Part shown: piece by piece, positions 21,983-31,773 of the stretch
Position numbering within the stretch: position 1 is the stretch's first letter
How the letters are laid out: every line of letters starts with the position of its first letter
Assembly: GCA_965140585.1 (NCBI GenBank)
Contig: OZ223267.1
Span: 384,001 to 448,000, forward strand
Direction of reading: 5' to 3'
From: Spirochaetia bacterium
GTDB lineage: Bacteria > Spirochaetota > Spirochaetia > UBA9216
DNA length: 64,000 nt
Made by a program: the position numbers and the translations under genes
Notes under the pieces: model-generated
Database searches by the model: none
Told to the model about the DNA's origin: nothing
What the model saw: the letters and a program-made list of their open reading frames with translations, nothing else

Positions 21983-22003
21983 GATCGTCCAGAAATATAT
22001 TCT
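21983..22003 (-). promoter_or_regulatory. Conserved upstream motif copy 3 in a divergent promoter region
   Basis: Minus strand AGAATATATTTCTGGACGATC ending 56 bp before the ATG at 21927. Confidence 0.55.
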
Positions 22004-22036
22004 TCTATATTTTTATATCAAGGAGAGATTTTTGAA

Positions 22037-24055
22037 TTGAAAAAGACTTCACATTTTTTTAAGAGGGCTGTCGTTATCCTTATGATAATTCTTGCAGCCC
22101 TTGTATGCGGATGTCCGAGCGGGACATCCGATATTGCGACCTATACAGTTACCTATGACGGAAACGGTGCGACAAGCGGAACTGTTCCGGCCGACGGCAC
22201 ATCCTATGTTGAAGGACTTTCGGCAACGGTTCTCGGCAACACCGGAACTCTTTCAAAAACAAACTATTCGTTTACCGGCTGGAATACTGCCTCTGACGGC
22301 AGCGGAAGCGCATACACTGCCGGTAGTACTTTCACAATGGGCGCATCCGATATCACCCTCTACGCAATATGGACAAAGGATCTTCTTCTTACAATTACCT
22401 CACCATCAGACAATGGATATACAAACGAGTCATCCTTTACAATGGATTTTACCTTTAATAAAGACGTTACCGGTTTTGATGCAGAAGACATAAGCGTAAC
22501 AAACTGTACATTATCAGATTTTGCCGGAAGCGGAGCATCTTATTCAGCAACAATTGCTCCGTCTGTAGAGGGTGATGTTGTTGTAACGGTAGCAGATGCT
22601 GTAGCAGAAGACGCTTATGGTTATATGAATATAGAAACAAGCTGCAGCCTGATTTATGATGTAACCGTGCCTGAACAAATAGCTGGTACCAATAGCGCAG
22701 CCGGAGCCGGTAAGCTTAAGATTACCTGGATTGAGCCTACAACTGAAGAGGACTCAAGCTTTGACCATGAAGTCCTGAAATGTTATGAGAATGGAACATA
22801 CACAACAATGTCTGAGGTTGAGGTTAATAAGGGGATATGTGAATATACCTTTGAAGGGCTTACTACCGGAAAGTATTATCATGTTTATGTATTTCCTGTA
22901 GACGCCGCGGGTAATAAACAGGGTTCTACAAGTTCCAAAATTATAGAACTTAGAGATGAAACATTCAGAAACGTCTATTACATTACAGACACGGAGGGTT
23001 TTACCGCCTTGTCAGACGATTTGAGTGGATATTATATTTTAATGGCAGATATAAGTCTGTCATCAACATGGACTCCTGTCGGAACCTTAGCAGATCCATT
23101 TACCGGCATACTTGAAAGCTTCTGGTCAGGAACTAAAGTAACAATAAGCGGACTGACCACATCGGCTCAAAAGTATAATTGATTATTGGGTTATGCCAAA
23201 TCTGCCTATGTAAGGGATATAATAATAAGCGATGTTGAAGTTAATGCATCCGGAACCTATGATTACCAGGGAGTTCTTGCCGGATACTGGAACGGCGGAA
23301 CAATTGAAGGAGTAGAGGTTTCCGGTACTGTTGGAAATAACGATCATGGAGATTATCATGGCGGCCTGGCTGGCTATATTAAAGACGCTGATGTTAGATC
23401 ATGTTTATCGACCGCGGTTGTAAGCGGGTGGGAATACGCCGGAAGGCTAATCGGCGCTACTGGCGGAACTACCACAATAAGCATGTGCGCGGTAGAAAAA
23501 AGCAGTACAAGCGGTGCCTCTGATACAGATTTGAGTGGAAACTTAAGAATTGGTGGTCTTGTTGGTATTGTTGAAAGCGGAGCACTTACAATCAGCGAAT
23601 GCTTTACAAATATGGTTATATCAGTTGAAGATTATTGCACAGATAATGCTGCCGCCTTATGCGCCAGAGCAGATGGATCGTGCACTGTAAATAATTGTTA
23701 TACAAGAGGTTCTTTTAACAGTACCTACACAAGCTGTGTTGGAAGCTTTTTGGGATATAGTGCCGCAACTATTAATTGTACCAATTCTTATGGACAGGGA
23801 ACTATTTCCGGCGGATCTTATACCGGAGCCCTTTATGGTCTTCTGAATGGCAGCATAACTACTTCCGGCTGCTACTATTCTGAAAATACCGGATAAAGCT
23901 CTGTTAAAGGCAGCGGCAGCGGTACCGGAACAGAAGTCCCGGATGCCTCAATATCAACGATAATATCTGCCGGTGGATGGGATAGCTCAATATGGGGTGT
24001 GGACAGCAGCCATAATGACGGTTATCCGTATTTATTAAATAATTCGTATAACTAG
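22037..24055 (+). pseudogene. Large surface lipoprotein (InlB B-repeat, Ig-like, Fn3-like, GLUG-repeat), two in-frame stops
   Basis: Lipobox VCGC. TGA at 23180 sits in YN*LLGY, where Gly is expected in a GLFG-type motif. TAA at 23894 is followed in frame by WDSSIWGVDSSHNDGYPYL, with the stop ending at 24055. Confidence 0.78.
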
Positions 24056-24072
24056 GTTCTACTTTTGATTTC

Positions 24073-24098
24073 AGCCCGGGGCTTTCCCGTGCTTTTTT
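24073..24098 (+). terminator. Probable terminator
   Basis: AGCCCGGG / CCCGTGCT stem (one mismatch) followed by a T run. Confidence 0.55.
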
Positions 24099-24141
24099 AA
24101 TTTTATTGTTATCTTCTCATTCGTGTGATATTATCTATCGG

Positions 24142-24167
24142 GAAACTAAAAATGAAAAAATAGTTTC
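24142..24167. promoter_or_regulatory. Putative TetR autoregulatory operator
   Basis: Inverted repeat GAAACTA-N12-TAGTTTC just downstream of an extended -10-like TGaTATTAT (24126-24134). Confidence 0.55.
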
Positions 24168-24198
24168 TGTAATCATATCAATTAAATTTTAAGGATAA

Positions 24199-24810
24199 GT
24201 GATGCCGGCCGGCGATACAGATAATGAGATAAAAAAAGTTATCCTGGAAGGGGTGATAGATGAATTTAACCAAAACGGTCTGAAATTTACGATGGATGAT
24301 TTAGCTCAAAGATTATCGATGAGTAAAAAGACCTTTTATAAATACTATAAAGACAAGAATGAACTTTTCATGGAAATGGTTGATTACTGTTTTTCTGCAA
24401 TAAAGGAAAGTGAAAAAAGGATTCTTCAGGATGAAGAACTGAGCCTTATTGAAAAAATCAGAAAAATTATTGTCGTTCTGCCGGAACGCTATTCCGGAGT
24501 TGATTTTCGCAAATTGTGGGAACTTAAAAATATATATCCCGAAGTTTTTGAAAGGGTGGCTTTAAGATTGGAAAATGACTGGGAGCCGACAATTAAGCTT
24601 CTGGAAGAGGGTGTCAGGATGGGAAATATAAGATCTGTACAGATACCTGTATTAAAGATGATGGTAGAATCTTCAATAGAACATTTTCTAAGCGGACATA
24701 CGCTCCTTGATGAAAATATTTCATACGAGCAGGCTCTTGAGGGGATGATGGATATTCTTTTACATGGAATTCTTGCTGAAACAGAAGGAGAAATAAAGAG
24801 TGAAACTTGA
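24199..24810 (+). CDS. TetR/AcrR family regulator
   Basis: N-terminal HTH FTMDDLAQRLSMSKKTFYKYYKDKNELF. Confidence 0.9.
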   Translation: MMPAGDTDNEIKKVILEGVIDEFNQNGLKFTMDDLAQRLSMSKKTFYKYYKDKNELFMEMVDYCFSAIKESEKRILQDEELSLIEKIRKIIVVLPERYSGVDFRKLWELKNIYPEVFERVALRLENDWEPTIKLLEEGVRMGNIRSVQIPVLKMMVESSIEHFLSGHTLLDENISYEQALEGMMDILLHGILAETEGEIKSET

Positions 24811-26182
24811 TTTAAAGGCCAAGGCTTCATACGGTCTTGCCGCAGTCGGAAAGGATATGGTGTACGCCCTTTCCTCGGGTTATGTTCTCTATTACTACAA
24901 TGTCGTTATGGGACTCAGCGCTACATTTGTCGGAATTATACTGATGGTGGCACGTGTCTTTGATGCTGTAAACGACCCGGTAATGGGAATCATCGTAGCA
25001 AAAACCAACTCACGCTTCGGCAGGTTCCGTCCCTGGCTTTTCACAGGAACAATACTGAACGCCTTTGTTCTTTTCGCTCTTTTTGCGGTACCCGACGGAC
25101 TTGAAGGCAAACAGCTTATGGTTTATTTTGCTGCTATCTACATACTATGGGGGACTACCTATACAATTATGGATATTCCCTACTGGTCGATGATCCCGGC
25201 GGTAGCGGATACGCATGCTGAACGGGAAAACCTGTCTGTAATAGCAAGAAGCTGTGCCGGCGTCGGTTTTGCGGTAATAACAGTAGCCACAATGATTTCA
25301 GTAGCTAAATTCGGCGGGGGAAGTTCTGCTGCTGATTACCGTATCGGCTTCAGATGGTTCACACTTATCATCAGCTGTTTCTTTATTCTGGTCTCGGTTA
25401 TTGCCTGTATCAATATAAAGGAAAACAGTTCCGTAAATATGAAAACGGCAAGTGTCGGCCAGATGTTTAAATCACTTTTTAAAAATGACCAGGCTATGAT
25501 AATAGTGATTGCAATCATCTGCGTTAATACAGCTCTGTATATAACATCCAATCTGATAATATATTTCTTTCAGTTCGATATCGGTGGAGCCGGCTGGGAA
25601 GGTTCATATGCGCTTTTCAACACCTTCGGAGGCGGACTTCAGATTATTGCAATGATGATAATCTATCCTCTGATTCGAAAAAAGCTTTCAGCTACAACCG
25701 TTTTCAGACTCTGCCTCTTTATGGAAATCTTTGGTTATCTTGTTTTACTGATCATGGCATTTACCGGGGCTACGGCGGTATTTCTCATTTTTATCCCTGC
25801 CTTTTTTATCTTCTCGGGAAACGGAATGCTGACTGTCCTCACAACCATTTTTCTGGCCGATTCGGTAGACTACGGTGAGTTTAAAACAGGACACCGTGAA
25901 GAAAGTGTTATATTTTCAATGCAGACCTTTGTGGTGAAGCTTGCATCGGGCCTCGCAGCGCTGGCCGCCAGTATCGGTCTTGATTTAATCAATCTTGATA
26001 CCGATGCTGCTGTGCAGTCCTCAAAAACCATCTTCGGTCTAAGGACTGTTATGTCGGTTGTTCCTATGATTGGACTTTTTGTAGCGCTTTTTATTTTCAA
26101 AAAATATAAACTTGATGAAAAAGAACTTGCGAAGATTGCATCAAAACTTGAAAGAGAGGATGCATCGGCTGCGGGTATCTGA
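24800..26182 (+). CDS. Glycoside-pentoside-hexuronide:cation symporter (MelB/LacS-like)
   Basis: ARVFDAVNDPVMG, SRFGRFRPW, DIPYWSMIP and ADSVDYGE motifs; about 12 TM segments. Confidence 0.92.
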   Translation: MKLDLKAKASYGLAAVGKDMVYALSSGYVLYYYNVVMGLSATFVGIILMVARVFDAVNDPVMGIIVAKTNSRFGRFRPWLFTGTILNAFVLFALFAVPDGLEGKQLMVYFAAIYILWGTTYTIMDIPYWSMIPAVADTHAERENLSVIARSCAGVGFAVITVATMISVAKFGGGSSAADYRIGFRWFTLIISCFFILVSVIACINIKENSSVNMKTASVGQMFKSLFKNDQAMIIVIAIICVNTALYITSNLIIYFFQFDIGGAGWEGSYALFNTFGGGLQIIAMMIIYPLIRKKLSATTVFRLCLFMEIFGYLVLLIMAFTGATAVFLIFIPAFFIFSGNGMLTVLTTIFLADSVDYGEFKTGHREESVIFSMQTFVVKLASGLAALAASIGLDLINLDTDAAVQSSKTIFGLRTVMSVVPMIGLFVALFIFKKYKLDEKELAKIASKLEREDASAAGI

Positions 26183-26206
26183 TATACTGTTCATTGAGGA
26201 GACAGT

Positions 26207-27196
26207 ATGAATGATATTACTTTCAAGGCTTTAAATATATTTGAAACTGAGTCCGGCTTCAGCCCGGAAATTATAGACAAAAAGATTTCAGATCTCCCTG
26301 ATGGAGATCTGGTTATAAAAGTCCATTATTCATCGCTTAATTACAAGGATGCGCTTTCTATTTCCGGAAACAGGGGGGTTACCAGAAATTATCCTCATAC
26401 TCCGGGGATTGATGCCTCCGGTGAAGTTGTAGAATCGGGGTCACCGGCATTCACTGAGGGCGACAAGGTAATAATTACCGGCTACGACTTCGGTATGAAT
26501 ACCTCCGGCGGTTATCAGGAATATGCAAGGATACCCTCTACCTGGGCGGTGAAACTGCCCTCTGGGCTTAGCCTTGCAGAGGCAATGGTTTACGGAACGG
26601 CCGGTTTTACTGCTGCCATGTCGGCAGATAAAATATTTAAGACTCTCAGTCCTGAAGACGGTGAAATAATTGTGTCCGGGGCAACAGGCGGTGTAGGTTC
26701 CATAGCCGTAAGACTTCTTGCAGCAGCAGGTTACAGAGTTGCCGCAGTGACAGGAAAACCGGAAAAGGCGGATTACCTTAAATCACTTGGTGCCTCTTCT
26801 ATTGTCGAACGATCCTCTTTGCAGGAGGAAAATTCAAGGCCGATGCTAAAGGCGCAGTATGCCGGTGCAGTTGATACTGTCGGTGGAAATATTCTTGCAA
26901 ACATTATTAAATCGATTGCTCCGCTGGGAACCGTAACCAGCTGCGGGAATGCTGCCTCGGCTGATCTTCCGCTGAGTGTTTATCCCTTCATTCTGCGCGG
27001 TATCAGTCTTATTGGAATAGACTCTCAGAACTGCCCGATGGAATACAGGCAGTACATCTGGAATCATCTGGCAACAGACTGGAAACTTCCGGATTTATTA
27101 AATCTGGCGCATGAGATCAGCCTTTCTGAAGTAGCAGAACAGGCTTCTCTCATGCTGAAAGCCAAGGCTTCCGGAAGAGCTCTGGTTAAATTATAA
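26207..27196 (+). CDS. YhdH/YhfP (AcuI-like) quinone oxidoreductase / acryloyl-CoA reductase
   Basis: YSSLNYKDAL, PGIDASG, GTAGFTA, GATGGVGS and PFILRGISLIGIDS motifs. Confidence 0.9.
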   Translation: MNDITFKALNIFETESGFSPEIIDKKISDLPDGDLVIKVHYSSLNYKDALSISGNRGVTRNYPHTPGIDASGEVVESGSPAFTEGDKVIITGYDFGMNTSGGYQEYARIPSTWAVKLPSGLSLAEAMVYGTAGFTAAMSADKIFKTLSPEDGEIIVSGATGGVGSIAVRLLAAAGYRVAAVTGKPEKADYLKSLGASSIVERSSLQEENSRPMLKAQYAGAVDTVGGNILANIIKSIAPLGTVTSCGNAASADLPLSVYPFILRGISLIGIDSQNCPMEYRQYIWNHLATDWKLPDLLNLAHEISLSEVAEQASLMLKAKASGRALVKL

Positions 27197-28219
27197 TCAG
27201 TTCCGGCTGATGGATATGTCGCCTGAGCTAGCCTTAACTCTAACCAGGCGGCCGCCTCCGTTTACTTTTCCGCTTATCCGATCTTCATCTGATTTTGTTA
27301 CATCGCCGAGTATTGTGAAATCAGTTGTAATCTTTCCGGAAGAGGCGCCAAGATCGGCATCAAAAGCTGAACCTGCAGGAAGACTGAGTCTGACTTTTCC
27401 CGATTTACTGTCTATATCAATATCTCCGGATAGGGTGGCCATTTCGATGGTGGTTTTGCCGGATGATATTTCGCATTGAATACCGCCTTCAGCTTTTAAC
27501 AGTTCAAGTGAACCTGAGGACAGTTTTATTCTGGTATTGTCTGCTGATAACCTGTTGATTTTTATATCGCCTGAGGATGCTTTGAGTCCTATTTCCGAAG
27601 AACGTAGTTCATCAATCTTTATATCTCCGGAACTTGCTGTAATATCAATGCTGCGGGCTGCATTTAACAGTCCTGCGTTTATTTTTCCAGAGGATGCTTC
27701 AATAGTAAGCAATTCGGCGGATATCCTATCCAGACTCACATCCCCGGAACTGGATTTTATATTCAGTTTATCAGCAGAGATGTCTGAAACTGTAATATCT
27801 GAACTGGAAAGTTCTATTTCAATGTCGCCGATGAATGATTCGGGTATATTCGCCGAAAAATAGACTCGACCTGTCTGTGCGAGTCCGAAGAATATTTTTT
27901 CATTTTTATAGAGACTGATGTTTAAGACTCTTCCGTTTTCCGAGACATACAAGGCGGGAACGGCACTGCCCTGATTTGAGGTCATAGTTCCCTCAAGAGC
28001 TAGCGTCAGCTTTTCGGATGCAGAGCTTCCATTGATGGTTTTATCAAAATTTACAGTTGAAATGCACAATCCGCATCGTGCTGAATCAAGCCTGAATACC
28101 AGTTTTTCAACTGAACTAAGGTTAACCTCTTTGTAATCATCCAGTTCGTATGACAGGGCAAAGCCATGTAGTACTGTACTCAGTAATATTACCGCTGTAA
28201 TTAAAATTATTTTTTTCAT
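27197..28219 (-). CDS. DUF4097-type beta-strand repeat (putative adhesin) exported protein
   Basis: Signal peptide MKKIILITAVILL..; about 9 repeats of xxSSGDI; RBS AGGAG before the ATG at 28219. Confidence 0.82.
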   Translation of the reverse strand: MKKIILITAVILLSTVLHGFALSYELDDYKEVNLSSVEKLVFRLDSARCGLCISTVNFDKTINGSSASEKLTLALEGTMTSNQGSAVPALYVSENGRVLNISLYKNEKIFFGLAQTGRVYFSANIPESFIGDIEIELSSSDITVSDISADKLNIKSSSGDVSLDRISAELLTIEASSGKINAGLLNAARSIDITASSGDIKIDELRSSEIGLKASSGDIKINRLSADNTRIKLSSGSLELLKAEGGIQCEISSGKTTIEMATLSGDIDIDSKSGKVRLSLPAGSAFDADLGASSGKITTDFTILGDVTKSDEDRISGKVNGGGRLVRVKASSGDISISRN

Positions 28220-28278
28220 TTTATCTCCTTGCTGCGATTTCTTACTGAAATATAGACCCGAAACCATTAATGCAGTAG

Positions 28279-28294
28279 TCGTATATTTGTACGA
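28279..28294. promoter_or_regulatory. Possible LuxR-type operator upstream of the DUF4097 gene
   Basis: Inverted repeat TCGTA-N6-TACGA between the LuxR gene and its downstream neighbour. Confidence 0.35.
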
Positions 28295-28303
28295 TTCGGG
28301 TAT

Positions 28304-29230
28304 TTAAGGCTTTCTCAGCCTGTTTGCAAGCTCAGTTTTATTGCCTACCTGCATTTTAGAGTAAATTCTTCCCACGTGAGTCTGGACGGTGGACATTGAA
28401 ATAAAAAGATCGGAGGATATTTCCTTGTAGGTTCTCCCGTGCATCAGCATGAGGGCTACCTCAGATTCCCGGGCTGACAGTCCGTAATGCCTGCAAAGTT
28501 CCTCAGTTCCTGATGTGGATACGCCGTCAACCTTTTTGCCGGAATAGAGTATTATCGAAGTCAAAAGTGCAATTACTACAATTATCCCGGACGGGATAAT
28601 AAAAACAGCTACTTCTGAATCTGTTATTACATATGCCGTTACAGATATTAGTATAAAGTTTAGTGTTATTCGAAATATTTCAAGGCCGGCTTTATCTGTA
28701 TTCTGATTTAAGGGCAGATAGAGTTTTACTGTACAGATTATCGAAATAAAAAGAAGCAGAAAAAATCCTGCCATTACTGAATACCCATATAGTTCTGCAA
28801 ACAAAGAGTTTACCGCGAAGGAGTTTATTATCAGGAATGAAGATTCAGATATCAAAAATAAACCCAGAGATACAGCACTTATTATAAAAACCATGCGCGA
28901 TCTGGAAAATTTACGGTATTCATTGGTAAGCAGAATGATAAAAAATCCGGCTGACGTCATAGAAAATAGCAGCAGTACATTAAGCACAAGTTCAGGAACA
29001 GCTGGGTTGAAATAGAGCTGCAGATTATCCGGACTGTTGTGAATATACATTTCTGCCGTGAGCAGTATACCGGTAAGAGAAAAACTTAGAAGAAACAAAT
29101 GCAGGGCCGGGCTTTTCTTTGAAGATTTACCGGATTTAACTATGACTATCCCGATGGAAATCAATGAAACAGAATAAACGAGAATATAGAGCAGATTGAT
29201 TAATATATCTTGAACCTGATTGCTGTTCAC
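28304..29230 (-). CDS. Membrane-anchored LuxR-family regulator
   Basis: About 7 TM segments plus C-terminal LSARESEVA...YKEISSDLFISMSTVQTHVGRIYSKM. Confidence 0.88.
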   Translation of the reverse strand: MNSNQVQDILINLLYILVYSVSLISIGIVIVKSGKSSKKSPALHLFLLSFSLTGILLTAEMYIHNSPDNLQLYFNPAVPELVLNVLLLFSMTSAGFFIILLTNEYRKFSRSRMVFIISAVSLGLFLISESSFLIINSFAVNSLFAELYGYSVMAGFFLLLFISIICTVKLYLPLNQNTDKAGLEIFRITLNFILISVTAYVITDSEVAVFIIPSGIIVVIALLTSIILYSGKKVDGVSTSGTEELCRHYGLSARESEVALMLMHGRTYKEISSDLFISMSTVQTHVGRIYSKMQVGNKTELANRLRKP

Positions 29231-29365
29231 TCAGATGATTTTACAGCCTGTATTTTCAATTATCAATTAATAAACTGATTTTTTGTACGATAATTCTAAA
29301 AATATTAATATTATGATCATTGCAGGATAAAGAAAGAATGAATAGAATTGTAATTGGAGGACTAA

Positions 29366-29764
29366 ATGAAGTCTCTGATAGTTGAAGATGACCTTGCCAG
29401 CAGACTGATTTTACAGGAAATGCTGAGTAACTTCGGGCCGGTTCATACTGCAGTAAACGGCAAAGAGGGGCTGCAGCTTTTTAAACGATCAATAGAAAAA
29501 AATGATAAATACAAACTGATATGTCTAGATATAATGATGCCGGAGATGGACGGGCAGCAGGTTCTTAAGGAAATTCGTGAAATTGAAGCCTCCGAATCCG
29601 CAGAACACTTCAGGCGAACGAAGGTGTTTATGGTTACAGCTTTGGGCGATGTTGAGAGTGTAATGAAATCCTTCTACGAGCTCTGTGACGGTTATCTGCT
29701 AAAACCTGTTACAAAAGAGAAGCTGCTGAAGGAACTGAAAAAAGTAAGACTGATTGCCGGATAA
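29366..29764 (+). CDS. Single-domain response regulator (CheY-like)
   Basis: IVEDD, LDIMMPEMDG, MVTA and LLKP motifs. Confidence 0.92.
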   Translation: MKSLIVEDDLASRLILQEMLSNFGPVHTAVNGKEGLQLFKRSIEKNDKYKLICLDIMMPEMDGQQVLKEIREIEASESAEHFRRTKVFMVTALGDVESVMKSFYELCDGYLLKPVTKEKLLKELKKVRLIAG

Positions 29765-29772
29765 TCCAGCAG

Positions 29773-30762
29773 TCAGAGTTTCTTTAATTGATCTCTTCTG
29801 CCGCGATAGGCAAGAATCGGTCCGTCTCCCTGCAGAAGATTTTCTTTCATTTTAAGTTCCGTTTTTTTCGGCAGCTGAGTATGCACAACCCTCCTGTCCT
29901 GGTGGGTAATTATCTTACTGAAAAACATTCCGAATCCGTTTACGACTTCTCTCAATACCGGCACCATCATAAATTTTTGATAGAATCTCAAATAGAGAAG
30001 GGTATGATCTTCATCAACCGGAACAAAGGCAATAAAGATCCTGGCCTTATCAGTCAGCCAGTTCTGCCAGATATGCGGAAAGCGGAAGTGTAGATGCTGC
30101 TGTCCTTCCTGCGGCTCAGGTGCTTCTTCCGGTTTTTCGGGAATCTGTCCCTCATCAACAGCATTATATACCCAGACATTCATTTCATTATCACTGATCT
30201 TTACCCTGGGGCCGTTCACCAGTGTCTTGTTTCCGGCCCCTATCGTGTTGTGATGAACAAAGGGAAGGTGAAGAACATCAAGCTGATTTTCTATGCATCT
30301 GGAGTAGTGGCAGAGCCAGGGATCAATCCAGTTTTTATAGCTGAAGCTGTCGTCGATATCCTCGAAAAACGGCAGGTCCGGAAATGCCGGGTCAACATCA
30401 CCTGCACTCAAGCTGTCACTCCAGAAGAGCCATATCATGCCTGCTTTTTCCCTGGTTTTGTAGGATTTGGTGTGGAAATTTTCAGGAACCGGGTTCTGTT
30501 TTCCGTTGCCCGGAATAAGAATGCATGTTCCCTTACTGTCAAATTCGAGTCCGTGAAAGGGGCACTGCGGATGTCCCTCATGTATCTTCCCGGCCGATAT
30601 TGATGCTCCTCTATGCGGACATTTATCTGCAATACAGGAAACCTTACCAGTGGTACCGTCTCTCCAGAAAGCAAGTTTTTCTCCAAGCCTTACCACTCCG
30701 GTAATACGGCTGGGTTTAACCTCTTTACTGTAAAGAACTGCATACCACTGGTTTTTTATCAT
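29773..30762 (-). CDS. Rieske non-heme iron oxygenase (VanA/KshA-like alpha subunit)
   Basis: Rieske CPHRG...CPFHG; mononuclear Fe motif ENQLDVLHLPFVH and downstream QD. Confidence 0.88.
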   Translation of the reverse strand: MIKNQWYAVLYSKEVKPSRITGVVRLGEKLAFWRDGTTGKVSCIADKCPHRGASISAGKIHEGHPQCPFHGLEFDSKGTCILIPGNGKQNPVPENFHTKSYKTREKAGMIWLFWSDSLSAGDVDPAFPDLPFFEDIDDSFSYKNWIDPWLCHYSRCIENQLDVLHLPFVHHNTIGAGNKTLVNGPRVKISDNEMNVWVYNAVDEGQIPEKPEEAPEPQEGQQHLHFRFPHIWQNWLTDKARIFIAFVPVDEDHTLLYLRFYQKFMMVPVLREVVNGFGMFFSKIITHQDRRVVHTQLPKKTELKMKENLLQGDGPILAYRGRRDQLKKL

Positions 30763-30768
30763 TTCTTC

Positions 30769-31626
30769 CTACCTCAGAGTTAATCCGAGTGTCAGGGATG
30801 TAGTTGCAAGATAATTGGCTGTGGCATCCTCAACACTGTCTGTCCAGTATAGATCAGGATATTCACTTACGCCATCTGCACTTCCGCCGAGGAACCGAAA
30901 GTTCATGAAAAGATCGATATTATTTTTCAGTGTATAACCTCCCCGAAGCGAGGCATCAAGCAGCGAGCCTGAAAAATCGAAGTTTGCACCGTTAATAAAA
31001 GCTGATGATGCATATATTCCGGTTATATCAGTCAGCGCATAGAACCCATTGTTAAACTGGTAGCGGGCGTACAGATTAAGTGCCGGTACAGGCCCGAGGT
31101 TCTGGCTGACAGTCATCTGCTCGCCATCCTGCTGTTTAAATACTATAGAAGCATCACGAAGCTGAAGTGCAGCTCCGGCAGCAAGATCGATTCGATCGCT
31201 TTTAAAAAAGTCATAGGCATAGGTTATTCTGTAGAATGGAAAACCGTATGACAGCTCCATCGGTGTTCCAGACAGGAAGGTTACATTATCTACGGTTACA
31301 TCATCCTTGAATGTGACTTCTGTCACTACTTCAAGGGGTTGATAGAGAAAACTTATCCTGTGCTGATCAGCTATGACCATACCTGCATTGAATCTCTGAA
31401 TGGGGAAGAGTATTTCCTGCCCTCCCTGTATTACAAAGTCAAAGGTTGTTCCTGTTCCTTCTGTTTCTGAACCTATAAGTATTGTATGATAGTTGACTTT
31501 TACAGTTCCAAGCTCTGATTCGAGAAAGAATTTAAAATTTGAATCGTCCCGGTTTATAAGAGACTGCTGGGCAGATAGTGAAAGCGGTATAAAGATAATT
31601 ACAAATAAAAGTATTAGTTTTTTCAT
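30769..31626 (-). CDS. Putative outer-membrane beta-barrel protein
   Basis: Signal peptide, alternating amphipathic beta-strands, C-terminal TSLTLGLTLR. Confidence 0.6.
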   Translation of the reverse strand: MKKLILLFVIIFIPLSLSAQQSLINRDDSNFKFFLESELGTVKVNYHTILIGSETEGTGTTFDFVIQGGQEILFPIQRFNAGMVIADQHRISFLYQPLEVVTEVTFKDDVTVDNVTFLSGTPMELSYGFPFYRITYAYDFFKSDRIDLAAGAALQLRDASIVFKQQDGEQMTVSQNLGPVPALNLYARYQFNNGFYALTDITGIYASSAFINGANFDFSGSLLDASLRGGYTLKNNIDLFMNFRFLGGSADGVSEYPDLYWTDSVEDATANYLATTSLTLGLTLR

Positions 31627-31773
31627 ATATATCCTCCAATTATATTAATGATAATAAATATAAAACTATAAGTAAAAAGAAAATAGTTAAAAAATCGGAT
31701 GAATAGTGGGGAAAGCTTGTTTTAATAATTACTTTTCTGCTAATATTTCTCATTATTTTTACGGGAGTGTAAA

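Noticed and set aside
13104-23896. Stop-codon reassignment or selenocysteine read-through to explain the in-frame TGA/TAA codons
   Set aside because: TAA, TGA and TAG all terminate intact conserved genes elsewhere in the window. The stops are of mixed type and co-occur with frameshifts.
12040-24100. Prophage, ICE or IS-bounded element
   Set aside because: No integrase, transposase, tRNA target or terminal repeats were seen.
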